Source: Phoronis australis (taxonomy: Eukaryota; Animalia; Phoronida). From it: DNA of 64,000 nucleotides. The notes below the pieces were generated by a model. The model did not search any database and was not told where the DNA came from. It saw only the letters and a list, made by a program, of their open reading frames with translations. Numbering within the stretch: position 1 is the first letter of the stretch; each line of letters begins with the position of its first letter. Made by a program: the position numbers and the translations under genes. Of this stretch, positions 43,401 through 57,326 are shown piece by piece. The stretch lies in NCBI GenBank assembly GCA_002633005.1, contig NMRA01000656.1:116289-180288 (forward strand), given 5' to 3'.

Positions 43401-46400
43401 ACAGATGGGAAAAAGCACAGCAGACCATAGATTCTTCAAGTTAGAGCAAAATATGGAACTCGAGTGAAATTTAGTTCAGCAAACTTTTAGAAAAAGTAAA
43501 AACGCAGAGAACCTTGCTGCATAATTAGCACAGTCTGTGCTGTTCAGCTGTGTTGGCTCTTCTAACTACATTTTTATGAGGCATTTGGCACATCAAGGGC
43601 AGCTAACGTCAAAAACTGTCACGCACATCTACCCAGATTTGCCGGCTTAGCATCTACCATAAACAGTGTCCTTCGACCAATTTCGCCAACTTTAAATTCA
43701 AATATGCCATTAACATCTGGGGCATTGCTTGCCCAGTACGCTTGGTCAAGCCTCGTCAAATTAGGCGTAGCACTATGAAAAACTTACATGAAAGTGTTCT
43801 TTTTGCAGGCACACAAAATGTTTTATAAAGAATAGTTTATCAAAAGCAATTGGTTTATTTTACAGTTTAATCATACTCTTTGCAGTAATCCAAGACTTGA
43901 ATCATTCTTCACAGAACCATCTCTTATTTTAAATCCCATGTCACTTACCATCAGTGACCTTCACTATCAAAAACATGTTTTTAATGAGACATAACCAAAT
44001 GAAAAAAGGCTTCTCTTCATTCAACATTAAGCATAAACTTCTGTGGTTGACAATAGCTGAAAATTTGTTGTTGCTGAAGTTACAACTCCACATGGTTGCC
44101 CTGGTTACCATATATTTTTTATTTTCCTTGACCTTTCCATAAATTTTCTAACTTAAATTTACATTTTCATGATTTATTATTCCAGCAAAAGTAAACAGGT
44201 ATTACTAATGATTGCTCTCAAGCACAATTGAATGAAACTTGCAAAATCAAGGGCTTCTAATTATCACATGAAAACATTTTGTCTTCTTCATTTCATTTAC
44301 CATAAAGTTCCCACACTTGAGAAGTACGCATTTATCTCATTTTACAGGTTTGCTAACAAGCAACATGGCTGTCAATCCAGGAGAGGACCAGAGTGGTTCT
44401 GTGTTCAGAACACTAGATGGCACAATTAGTTGGTGGATAGAACCTTTATGTAACAAATACAAGTAATTCACGCGTCAAAGAAATTTTTTGATTCTACATT
44501 ACTAGCAAACATTTTTGATGTTACCTTTAGTAAACATACAGATACCGTACGTACCTGCTTACCTTGGAGACATTTTTCTATGTAAATTATTGTATTCCCT
44601 TGGCAGGTAAATACTATCCATGCAACAACAGAGGAGGTAAGTGGACCAGGAAAAGGACCATACCTAATTCTGTATTCATTTTCACTATGCAATCATGAAT
44701 GACCTGCATAGACTACCCAAAAAATCTCCAGTTTGGGACGGTGAAAAACTAATCATTTTCCTTAAGGTCAGAGTTCATACCAGATTTTAGAAAAAGGCAA
44801 TGCTGGTCGTCCCAAATTCAAGAATCATCAGAAAGAAGAATTTTGCAGCCATTTTCAATGATTTTATTTCAGACTTTTTTTGATACAGATTGTAGAGACC
44901 AATACTTGAGAAATAAGATGAACGTCAAAATTACCCACGTCACAATCTTCAGAATAAAGAAAATTCACTTTTTACTTGAATTTCAATGTCCCAAATTATA
45001 GAGATTCTCTCAATGAGTGCAGCATTGTGCTTGCTCATTGGAAGTGAATGCAGGATCAAGATGGCGGCCATGGATAGTCAATATATGACAGGGAAACAGT
45101 AATTGATATGGAAAACGTGTTTCCAAGACAACCAGAGAACTTTATTTTAAGTAAGTGTGACCAATAAAGGTTAAAGGTCATGTCTGCTTTAAGGAAATCC
45201 TAAGGAATATGATTTGAATGTACACTTTGAGCTCGCAGTTTTAAGAATGTCACTAAATGGTAACTTTCCACTTATTTCATACAAAATAAATTGAACAATA
45301 TTTTTCGCTGCATGCTACATGATTTTCAGACCATATTAATATAATTAAAAGGAGTGTATTACTAGGACTAATAAGAGGGCTTTTTGTTGACATTTTCTGA
45401 AAAGAAAAACTGACCATGTGCGACCTAGATGAGGCAAGAAACTCCCATCAAATAGTTTCATGTGAAACAAGTGACAGACAACATATCATTTTTCACAATT
45501 AGTTTTGATCTATGAACTAAGGTGAGTCTGCTTAATAAGTGGAGACAGATCATAACACCAGCCCCTTTATAGACAAAAAGCAAACATCTGAGTGTTTTGA
45601 CTTCCGTTTCTGCTGTAACTTGATGATTTCACAGTTTCCGTGGCACGCACCGTTAAAAAAGATGTCAGACTATAATCACATGCCCACTTCACACACACAC
45701 CAATTTGTAGGTCAATCAAATAAACTCTATCAGTCTGACTTGAAATGTCCACATTATTTCAACATGCTTGCAGATATTGCACAGCAACAGCATAGTTCTG
45801 TTGCAGGGATTTCCTTAGCGGATTCTTGGACAATTGAAAGTGCAGAGGAGAGAAAATTTGAACAAATATTCTTCAAATATTTGGCAAGTCTTCCATTTCA
45901 CTCCTCATTCTGACTGGAAATCTGTGACCATAAAACTGTTTTGATACAAGAGGTTGTTTGAAAATACTGGCCACAGGAAAACACTAGTAGATAAGCAACT
46001 CTAATTTAACAAGCAAGGTGCCATATTGCCTCAGCTGGAAGACATTGGCATTCCCCAACATAAAACAGCTGACAGCGGATGACCTCTGACACCCTGAGGC
46101 TGGCGAACTTTGACCCAAAGTGTCAAGAACAGAGAGAAGAAGGGAAGTCTGCTGTGAGAGAAGAATCATTACACTTCTCCAAAGCCACAGAATGAAATTG
46201 TAAGCATCAGTATAGCAATTCTTCATGAATTTCACACAAAAAGTCTTCTAGTTATTAAAGGCTGGTCGGTTTGCTTTGAGTACTTTGAAGGATATGCGTT
46301 GCTTTAAAACAGCTGTACAATATGAACTACCAACACCACATAGAATTTATAGAAACTTGACAAAAATAATTCCACTTGGTTGCCAGATTATGAGCTAAAA

Positions 46401-46711
46401 AGGTAGGTGAAGAGTTGCCACAATATTCAGGAAATGCCACACCAGATATGAGAACACAAACACATACGTGGCACACTCCGCTAAAAGATCTGCAGTTTAT
46501 CACTCAAAACTGAGACCTCAATCATGGATGTGGCAGACACCTTCTCATACTTCTGTAGCTATCTAGTGACACCTGTATACAGTCAAGACTTCATATTCTG
46601 CCAAAACTAAATTTTATCAAATTACTGTTTATCCATGTTTACAGAGTCAAAGTTGTCATCCAACGTGTTTGATAAAAAACCTAAACATTTGCAGAACCTT
46701 TTAATCACTGA

Positions 46712-47150
46712 AGACATTTTCTTACTGACTTAACTCCGGTCTGGGTGGAACGTCGACGTAAACTGCGAAGTTAACTAAACCGTTCATACTGGGTTAGGTA
46801 GTTAACAGCCTTCGAAGTAAACGGTAGGTGGCGCTGTTGTCATTGAAGTAATTGCAAGGTAGTGCTGCACACTAAGATTTTTTAATAAGACAATTTGGGA
46901 ACATTTACATGTACTAATTGACATAAAACTTGTTTTTTAATTCGATAGGTGATTACTAGAGAAAAATATAAGCAACTATCAGCGACGGCACTACCCTGTA
47001 ATTATTGACAATGGCAGTGGCACCTTGCAAAAACTTCGAAGGGACCGAAGTTGACCGTTCATACTGCACTCTTAAATCCACCTGTTTACTGCGAAGTTAA
47101 CTGGTGTTGTTAACTTTGATCCAGGACCGAAGCTAAGCGTTCATACTGAC
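46712..47150 (+). mobile_element. Non-autonomous DNA transposon (Harbinger-like), copy 1
   Basis: Repeated CGTTCATACTG and GAAGTT motifs; collinear inverted homology to ~52050-52421 (e.g. AATTTGGGAACATTTACATGT, AAAATATAAGCAACTAT). Confidence 0.6.
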
Positions 47151-49222
47151 TGCAACTCCCCAAAACATCCACGAATGGATGTTAATATGAAAGGCCCTTG
47201 AGTTTCAGTAGCTGCTTTTGTACCTAACTGAAAAATCTTCCAGTTAACCAACCAACCAACAATACCTACAGTAGTTATCTCAAAAATTGCATCGGAATTT
47301 TGAGTAAAAAATTTGGAATTTTCATAGCAGTTGACACTTAGCATTCAGGTACACCAGTAAATCACAACGCCAAGCAAAAATACAGAGAAATTTATGCGAC
47401 TGACACTGGCATTAACTTTAGCATCATTAGGATGTTTTCACACGCAGTAGAGCATCTAGTAATCCATAGCCTCGCTGATGAATTGGTTGTATCAGAATGT
47501 GTTATCCTCATCCAAATAACAGACTAGGCAGAGATGGGCAATTAAACTAAAACAGGAAGTATTAAAGACGAAGGTTCGCTACCAGCCAATTAAAATTCCA
47601 AGCGCGTTTTTTATAGGAACCGCCGCCTGTAGACAGGCTGGTTACCTCCGAGTACCTATTCAATTAAGTGCATTCTTTAAGTAACCTAAGGTGTGTTTGT
47701 TTCCAAATTTCAGTGCACCACTATCGAGATGGTTCGGAGTATTGCATGGCTCTTGGTCTAAAGACTGGGCAGATTTTTTTCTCAGCAACAGCCAGTTATA
47801 TTAAGGCCATTAATTGTTTCCTGAGGTGGATATCTGTAATTCAAGGGCTGTAAAACCGCAATCAGTGAGGGAGGAAACATATAAACATTCACTTTAACAA
47901 ATGGATGTGTGTAAACGAAACTGTGTCAACAAAAAGAGCTGATTCACAGATTATCTGAGCAAAACAGAGCAAGTTTTTTAGCATGTACGCAAAGGTCCAA
48001 GCAGTTATTATTCATAATAGATGTTCCATTATGATAAAGCTTCTTCAATATCAAACACAACTTGGCAAGAAAGTGGATTTTTAGTCAGATTTCTCAACTC
48101 AAGTGCCATTTATACACTGAAGTGAAATTTACAACATTGTCACTGTGGATTTCACTATAGGCCCATAGTTATGAATCATACAATAGCATTTTGACCATTT
48201 GTAGCATGAAACTGGAAAAATGTAATCAAAGAATCACTGGCCAAGCTAGAAGTCCAATCAATAAATTGTTGGAGACCAACTTGTAAGAAACATGCAAGAA
48301 AACGGGGGTCAAACGCAAAATTCAAATGAGTTTTGACAGGGAGATGACTTTTTGCAACGAACAGGGAGCGGGTATGGACCTGTCGCACCCCTTGCATGGT
48401 TACACTAATGGAAACTAAGGTACCATAAATTTCAACATGGACTGCATGTAATAATTCTGACTGTAGAGAGGATGTGTCTGTTGTTGACCCACTACAAGTC
48501 AGAGTCTGAGACTCTTGACAGGATTTATTACCTGGATTGTTGGAAGAATGAGATAAGACTAGAGGTGTTAGTGTGTGCGCATGTATCCTGTGCAAGGGCA
48601 GCACACATGAAATATATCTCTGAGATATGCAGATAGTATGAGCACCTCGGGTGTTTGTGTGAGGTCAAGGAAGATCCTAACTGGTTCCTAGTTAAGAGCT
48701 TAAGCTCAGAAATTGGTTTCCACCCCTTGGACACCATCTCCACAACAACTGGCGACAAAACAGGACCAACATCTCAATGACTCGCATAACAAGAACCCCT
48801 AAGCGTACCTGTTTGCTCCACGAGACATTTTCTCACCTATAAAAGGAAGATAGACTCACATGGAAATAGATGTAATCTAACACTCTGCCCCTTGAAATCT
48901 GTGTAGTAACCATGGCCAAAGTATCTATCCTACATGCTTCAAGTGGACACCAATGATGTTTTGTTTTTTATCAAGCAAGTAGATAGGGTGGAGAGAGAAG
49001 TAAAGATAACTTGGGTGTAGCAGTCACTGCCCCTCTTACAGTGTTAAAAACATAGAGGTCGTGTAAAAAGGGAAAGGTTACCGACGCAACGTAAACAAAA
49101 CCTCGCCCAATGGGAGGATGCTATTGCAGTTGACAGGGTACGTAGAACGTGCTATCAGCTTTATATCCTCGTGAATGACGTGAATGACGTGAATGACGGT
49201 AATGAGATAACACAGCTATGGT

Positions 49223-49812
49223 GAGCAAACAAGGCTGGGATCTGTTGACAATACGACGCTTTGAACAGGAGTCATTCGGTCTGATTATGGGGACAAAAGG
49301 GTCTAATTATGAAACATTGATTACCTGTGTAAATGAGGGTGTGAGGTGTACAGGGGTGTGGGCCATGTTGTATTGATTTGGGGTCACTAAACGACTAACT
49401 TTGACATATCGATTGGGTGCGACTTCAAAGTGGGTGGATGCGTACAACAAGAGATGTGAAGCCTTATGGAATGCGAGAAATGGCGGGCTAATCTGGGGAA
49501 AATAAAGGAAAAACCTGACCATACTCATTGTGTAGCTGGTGANGAGCAAACAAGGCTGGGATCTGTTGGCAATACGACACTTTGAACAGGAGTCATTCGG
49601 TCTGATTATGGGGACAAAAGGGTCTAATTATGAAACATTGATTACCTGTGTAAATGAGGGTGTGAGGTGTACAGGGGTGTGGGCCATGTTGTATTGATTT
49701 GTGGGTGGATGCGTACAACAAGAGATGTGAAGCCTTACGGAATGCGGGAAATGGCGGGCTAATTTGGGGAAAATAAAGGAAAAACCTGACCATACTCATT
49801 GTGCAGCTGATG
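49223..49812. repeat. ~0.3-kb tandem duplication joined at an N (49543)
   Basis: 49223-49542 vs 49544-49812 are near-identical; the second copy lacks ~50 bp (GGTCACTAAACGAC...CTTCAAA). Confidence 0.93.
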
Positions 49813-52049
49813 ATTTCTAGGTCATTGTTTTTTCAAGCAGTAGCTGCCTCAACTCAGATGGCAAAATGAAAGGGAGCAATTAAGCACAAAAATAACAGCC
49901 AAATTACAAGCTTTTGTTTTTAAAGCATTCTACCATTGGTATGAATGCCCACAATTTTTCAGAATATTTTCTGATGGTAGCAATGATGGAGAAGTTGAAC
50001 ATGGTAAAGCATTGATCTGATGAAACATATCTTTTACGCTTTACCAATTTTAAAGTTTTTATTCCATTCCTTGGTATCAGAGAAGGTTTTCAGTAAATAT
50101 GGGCATTCACAACACAGTTAAAAGCCCATGAAAAATGAAATACGTTCAATTTTGGAAATCATTTTTGTCCAAAATTGGTCATATTTCACCATATTTATCA
50201 TTAAGTATAGAAAACTACATTTTTAATAAATGATGTTAATGTATAATTTTCATGAATCATATTCCACCAATCATGTGCTGAACTGGGCATTAGTTGTCAA
50301 ATTACAAACGGCTTCTAGTTTCTCAGTGCAACTGATGAGATGATTTTACAGAAAACAAACATGTTGACACAGAACATAATCCATTCCTGAGACAGACATT
50401 ACAAACACCCATGACTTTATTTTCTTGGAACTGGCAAAGAAGAAATACTTAAATAGCCTCACTTAAGGTACAAGGTAACCACCATGAGAGGTCAGTTAGG
50501 AAACACCTGTCAATGTTCTGGGTACAATTACTCAAGATTACACAGGCCCTTGTGTTGTTTTGACCTCTGTTGTGTAAACAAACAAATGGAGATCCCTCTT
50601 AATGTCTTAACATGTGGGCATTAACAATGAAGCATCCTTTAGGTACAGTTTTCGCAGAAAACTTGTAGCATGTGAAGAGAGAGTTTATGATTGGAATTAA
50701 CTTTAAAATCATACACGCAAGCCAATTTGTAAAATTGTCTAACAAGAAGGTAAAGTCTTGACTACACAGAAGTCGGCGAAAACTGCCTTTACACTAAACA
50801 TTTTTCAGTTTAGGATACAATTTAGAGACGAAACGTGAAATTATAAAATCTTTATACATCTTCATCAACAGGATCTGTATGGTACAGCTGTCGCGGACCA
50901 TTTGGTAAAATTGTCAGAAACTGTTACACAGCAGAGAGTGAGAATATTTGAAAAATAATTTCAGCAATTGTTTTAGCCAAAATTACAAAAACGTTTACAT
51001 ATGTAAGTTTCATTTTAATTATCAATGATAATAACCCATTCAGGTTTTCTAGTTACAAGTATATACCTAATACACTCCCTTCAAAACTATCAGTACACAA
51101 CACTTATCCACAACTGGTACTTAGGCATTTGACAAGCTAACAAAACACAATGAAGGCTATAAATTTCTTAATAACCCACCCATGAAATGAGCATTGGATG
51201 GATGACTGGGTTCCCATTCACAGTTTATGATCAACTGAACAGTAAATGAGATATCAATGACATGGTGTAGAATTACAAGAGTGTTCAAACAATGAGGTGA
51301 TGGACTGCAGCAGTGTCCAGTTTGCTCAACCTAGAAATGTTAAATTCTTGAGATAGGCCATGTTTCGCAGCAAGTATGCATTGCAAGTCGATTCAATGAA
51401 TCTAGATTGCACGTGCTTTGTGACCATGTGAATCTGAAAAGACGTCATGTGTAGTGCTTTTGAGGTAAAACAACTCGCAACATTTCATTTTGTTTGCAGC
51501 ATTTTTGACAGAATGGAAGAAAGACATCAAGTCCAGTGAGGTGCACCCTATCAGGGGACAACCCAGTGAGAACTGCACTATGCCCGCTGAGAAGTACAAG
51601 GGCTTGCCCTGCACAAAAAGGCCATGCATTGGCGAAACACGGATTACCCCTCAAATCAAGGATTACGTACAGGATTACCTCAAGGGACAAATATACAAAG
51701 TGTTTGAGATTGCTCCACCACTGTAAAGAAGCGATTGAGCAAGAAGACAGGTCCCCCTGACCTCTGTGCTTCAAGAGAAGCCACTCCAAATTGTCCCACT
51801 AAAACAAACTACCAAGTAGCTTTGTGTATTGGAGAAGGTGGATGAATGTGTATTGATGCCATATCCTGGACAAAGGTTTCACAATTAGAATTAAATAAAA
51901 CAATTTTTCATATGAAACAGTTGTTTTCAATTCATTAGACTACTCAACAACAATCCACATTACTTGCCATGCAACACCATCTTAAAAAACCATTGGTCTA
52001 TGCTTTGGGAATGGACCCTTTGTTTTGTTTGTTTAATATAATGGTAGTT

Positions 52050-52421
52050 CACTTCGGTCCTCTGATTGAAGTCAACAAGGTCAATTTAACAGTGGAGCGT
52101 CACAGCTGCAGTGCAGTATGAATAGTCAACTTCCATCCCGTCGAAGTTATCACCAGGGGCCACTGTTATCGTCAACAATAAAAGGGCAGTGTTGTCGCTA
52201 ATAGTTGCTTATATTTTGCTCGAATAATTACCAATCAAATTAAAAATAAAAGTTTTTTATCAATTAGCACATGTAAATGTTCCCAAATTGTCACACCAGC
52301 GTCACCTACCGTTTATTTCAATTTCCATTAACTACTAAAGCCGGTATGAACGGTTCAATTAAATTCGCAGTTTACCTCAACGCTCTGCTCAGACTGGAGT
52401 TAAGTCGGTATAAAAGGACCT
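52050..52421 (-). mobile_element. Non-autonomous DNA transposon (Harbinger-like), copy 2, inverted
   Basis: Reverse-complement homology to 46712-47150. Confidence 0.6.
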
Positions 52422-53077
52422 TACTAGAAGGTAATTCTATTTCACGGTTTGTACATTTTTCCATACAGTAGCCAAAAGACAACCTTTGAAAGAGGAAACT
52501 AACAATTTTGGCAACAACACTTAGTTCAACTTTAGGACAAGCTAAGGGGCAAAATAACCCTGATTTTGCTGATTTTCGCATGCAGCTTGTGAGCTACTAG
52601 ATAAAAATACTTGTAACAATTTGTTTTAGGTTTGTACTTGTGAAAAATTTTCATTTCTAGGTTATGCTTCAAGTTTTCTAGGTTATGCTTCAAGCTTTAA
52701 AAGTTAAACGCAAAAATAAACTTAGGAGATTAAAGTTAAGTTCTGGCCTTGTTTGAACCGGAAACTGAGGAATATGTAAAATTTTAAGGTTATTCCCCTC
52801 CAAAACACAGTAAATACATCAATAAACCTGTGGAATGCACATGAACCCCTGAGGTTCAACAACATTCAAGAATAATATAGAATGTAATTATTCAAATTTT
52901 GCACCATTCAACCACTCCTGCAAGAGCCTTTATCACCTGGTATCACAATTGTTACACCTGTAGGTCTATACATTGGTGACAGGGAGTCTCGAAATATTAG
53001 ATTGAGGCGACAAGGAATCACAGCCATGTTGACAACACACATATGCATTTTTGCATGACCTTCAGGCAAAAGTCACT

Positions 53078-53160
53078 CACAGGGGTCTCCAGATTTCGAG
53101 AACCAGTTTGGTGTCTGTTATTCAATGGGGAAAACTGGTTCTCAAAATGCAGGACCCCTG
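53078..53160. mobile_element. ~80-bp palindromic MITE, copy 2
   Basis: CAGGGGTC...GAGAACCAGTTT...AAACTGGTTCTC...GACCCCTG; homologous to 21561-21640. Confidence 0.65.
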
Positions 53161-53926
53161 AAAGTGACCGTTATCGTTTTCGCTTTCCATGAGCTTTGCG
53201 CTAAAGTTTTCCAGGATACAAGTTTCATTATCCATGAATTTAGCAGTGTAAAATGCATTTTCCAAGTCTTATTTTTATAAAAGGACACATACAGTGATTT
53301 TTATTGATAAATATTGCAAAACATTACTAAATGGATGGATTTGTGACAGCGATGGCAAATGAGATATGGGAGGTTATTTATCTGACAGAAAGAATGCACG
53401 GGAAATGTTCAATTTATTTCTGGATTGTCCGTGACAAAAGGAAATCACAATGGTATGTAAAATGCCATTACAGTACTTTCCTACTGATCTCAAAACTGTT
53501 TTGGAATGTTTTCATGAGCGGGATGCAAAATAAGATCAAAATAGTCAGTCCACAACTTGTTATCAAGCATAAATTAGTTAAATCTTGAATTTCAAATTCA
53601 ACTCTGCAGTATCCAAATATCAATGCAATAGCAAACCTAGGTACAGTACTTAGTTCCAATTTGAGTTATCAGTAAGTTACAGGTCATTGACACACAGTCT
53701 AACAAAATGGTGACGAAACTTAGCCACTGCACTACCTGACAATAATTCCAGCGAAAACTTCACCACCAGGTGATAACTTTACTCTGATGTCCTTGTATAA
53801 TTAAAAACTACTTCCAGTTGTTGAAATAAGTGTTCAGTTAACAGAGTTCATCAAGTTCACTTTCAGCTTATGTACTAGGAAACCATATGACTGAATTTAT
53901 CATTTGAATGAAATTTCATTATTTAA

Positions 53927-54262
53927 TGGGATATTGTCACACTGAAAAGTGATTTTCTGGGATCATCCTCAGCACAAAATCGAACCTGCGGCCCCTGCAG
54001 TTGCAGCCTAAACACTCTGTTGGCGTTGCTAAATCCCACTGGATAAATGTAAAAGTATTTCAATTAAGCGCATTAAACTGGTAGAGTCACTGTCCTTGAT
54101 TTCAACAAATGTCTGGCAGACAACGGCGAGAAATGGTGGTTCGTAAAAAACACAAAACAAGTGAAAGATTTTGTTCTATAACTCAGCTCATAGCTAATAA
54201 CTTCAAGAACTGTATACCCTCCAACACAGGTGTTTTTCAGCCATAAAACCATTAATGTCCCT
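53927..54262 (+). mobile_element. Short Kolobok-like non-autonomous element, copy 1
   Basis: TTAA|TGGGATATT ... AATGTCCCT|TTAA; internal homology with 63477-63796 (CTGCAGTTGCAGCC, AATGTCTGGCAGACAAC, AGATTTTGTTC). Confidence 0.65.
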
Positions 54263-55446
54263 TTAAGATGTTACATGACATTGTGCTGCAAATTCAGGGT
54301 CTTGGTCAATATTATATTTATCTATGTGAAAATTATTCAAATTAATGCTGTATTGTCCTATGATGATGATAGAATCATCAAAATTTATTTTATCTATAAA
54401 AACGAAAGTCAACAGTCTAACTCCAACTCACTCAGTAAATAGATGTTAAGACGAAATCATAGCTGACACTCATGACAAGATAATAAATAACGAATATGGA
54501 AAAGTTCTCCAATTTGAGACAGTGAAAAATTACTTATTTTGCTCAATGTCAGAGTTTATCCCAACTTCTATAAATAGGCAATATTGACCCTCAAATTTAA
54601 TAATCATAGGAAAAGTTGCCAAAATTACCCACTCTGTAGATTGAAACCACATGGTCAGAAATGTTGTGAATGCCAAAATCACCCTTGTCCCAAATTCCTG
54701 AATCTCGAAAATTCAATTTTTACAGGAGTTCCATGTCTCAAATTCTAGGGACTGTCTGAAGTGGAGAATTTTTACTGTAAGTTTTTCTATATATTACAGT
54801 TAAGCAAGTGATGACTTAGAGTACACGGATCATTTGCATAGGTAATCAGTGGTTATCTGAGATTGTATGTCCTCCGCTTGAACTTGCCTTTGAGTCTCGG
54901 CCTGGTAGACTTGCTGACATTTTTATTGTGTTGGTTATCGACACAGGAATCACACTGTAGACAGATGGGCACACTTCAATTGACACAGGGGTAAATCAGT
55001 GAAAAAGGGAACAAAAATCAGCACGCAAGGTGTACAGTAAGACACGAAGAGCCACTTTCTGATGCAGCAGTTGTGTCTCGCCATTTACAGATTACACTTG
55101 GACAGTGATTTTAAAGCAGTGGAATTTCATCCTGTTTTTTATATTCATTCTCATCTCCACGCCGTCATAACACTATTGTTATACAATGAAATGTTCAAAT
55201 AATTTACCAAAAAATCTCTAATGTCGATAAATGTCTGGATATGAAAGAAATTATTATTTATCTACAACTCTTCTTGTCTTGACTACCAGAATTTGAAACT
55301 GAATCAAACAGAGATGACTTTTGTGCGCCTATAATGCTTAAGAGGTGTACATCGGATGTTTCCTGTTGCGGAAAAGTTGAGATCAATAAAGGTGAACTCT
55401 AAGTTGAAAAATTCTCAAATGTCAAGATAAATTAAGAGTCCTCATT

Positions 55447-55868
55447 GGTCAGTTGCATGAAACAGTTCCAAATTAGGACTCAACTAAGTTCCCTAATTTT
55501 TTTGCACATTTGTCTCGTTCTTTACTCACAGATGTAATATTTTTCTATCATTTTATCTTTATTATGAGCTCCTCTTTCACTAATGACAGTTTTTAATAAA
55601 TAACTAAAAACTAAGCCTTTAATTCAATAAAAATAACTAGGGACATAGACCATAGAGGCGTTGCATGAAAAGATCGCAACTTATTTTCACTAATATTTAC
55701 AATTCGATGTAGAGTTCACTCTCGATTTGTATCGAAGCCAAAATTATCTCAGTGATGATAGTCAAACAGCATAAAAAAGGAAAATCAATGTTTTCACAAG
55801 CACGCAAATATGCTGTAGATTTAGGGAACTTAGATGAGTCCTTATTTGACTGTTTCATGCAACCAGGC
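55447..55868. mobile_element. PIF/Harbinger-like MITE, copy 2 (inverted relative to 33174-33617)
   Basis: CAGTTGCATGAAACAGTTCCAAATTAGGACTCAACTAAGTTCCCTAA ... TTAGGGAACTTAGATGAGTCCTTATTTGACTGTTTCATGCAACC; interior is the reverse complement of copy 1. Confidence 0.7.
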
Positions 55869-56574
55869 AGATGAATCAAAAGAGGTCCATCTGGTGATGC
55901 GCTTACATCATGACGGTCTTCAAATCCACCTACCTAGTTTTCAGGGGCAGATCCAGGATTGTTTTTGGGGGGGGGGCAGGGAAGAGTATTAGCCAGGATT
56001 TTGCCCTTCAGACATTCTTACCCCGAACTGCCAATTGGAATCTGGGAGAACCATAAGTCAGCGGAAAGAGTTAATATTCACTAAGGGGTCCTCTTTGTTA
56101 TTTGAATACATCGAGAACAGAACACTATTGACAAGGGTAGATGTTCCTGGGCTAAGGATCCCATGCGACTGCACTTACAAGCAGGTGGACCAATTTACTC
56201 ACTGGCACAAACTGTCGAATTTTGAGTACCTTCTGATAAGCCAGTAGGTATGAACTAAAGAAGTCACACATCGTTTAACCTAATCAACTATGGTAGAGTT
56301 TCTGAAATTTAGAACATACTATGCCAGAAAACAGAAATTATTCCATGAAAAATTCCAGCATGAAGAAAATTTTACTTCATTATTTGTAGTTCAGAATATA
56401 CAACTATTATTGACAAACACAAAATGGAGTGTACTTTTGGCAACAAAACCAGCTTGTGAAAATGGGAAAAATGATAATTTAGGTAATTATTTTTGCTGAA
56501 AATTTGAGCAAACTTGACAGTACTGTCCAAAATACTACCTAACAAAATCAACCAACATTTCGATCTGCATAAAT

Positions 56575-56890
56575 GCCGCCCAATAAACATCAGTATTTAT
56601 TTGCATTACATATACCAAAACAGAGAAAATCACTACTCAATAAACAGTAAGAATTTGTATTGCATGAACTCTGCCCCTTGATCAGACAGTATTTACTACC
56701 CAATAAACAGCCAGTATTTCTAATATTTGCATAAACACTAACTAGCCAATAAACAGCCAGTATCTATACTATTTGCATAAACACTACCTAATCAACCATT
56801 AGCACTTATAATATTTCCATAAACATTATCCACTGAACAGCAAGTACTTCTATTATTTTAAAAATACTGTCCAATTAACAGTCAGTATTC
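56575..56890. repeat. Degenerate ~45-bp minisatellite
   Basis: Recurrent CCAATAAACAGCCAGTAT...TTTGCATAAACACTA units. Confidence 0.6.
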
Positions 56891-57326
56891 TAATCATTAA
56901 TTGAAGCACAGAACAGGAAGATAAAAGAACTTAATTAAACCAATTTTAAAAGTTAAACTCGACTACAAAATGTAAACTAGCAACCCAACAAATCCACACC
57001 GGTCTGTTCTAAGCTGCATTGACGCTTCCATATTTTTAGTTCCTTATATAAATTGCCCCTGTTGGCACTCCATGGGGGGCGTAATTATCAAATACCACCG
57101 AAGTTCTCTTGAGAAGGCACCGAGCAAAAACCAACTTGAGGTGTGTTCAAAGTCTTAAGTTCAATAGTGACACCTGGTAATTAAATGGCCTCAACCAATC
57201 AACGGATAACGTCAGGTGATCAAAAACAGACTGTGCTAAAAAACTAACTCTGTTCCACACCTGCTTCATATCTGTTTTTCCTCACAAAAAGAATGGAAAA
57301 CTGTTAGAGCAACATGTAAAGCTTAA

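Noticed and set aside
51402-51789. Several overlapping 74-114-aa ORFs
   Set aside because: No recognisable motifs; possibly a decayed repeat, but unsupported.
9837-56890. Short tandem repeats (9837, 26944, 32297, 40176, 56575) as CRISPR-like arrays
   Set aside because: Eukaryotic context, head-to-tail units without unique spacers, and no cas genes.
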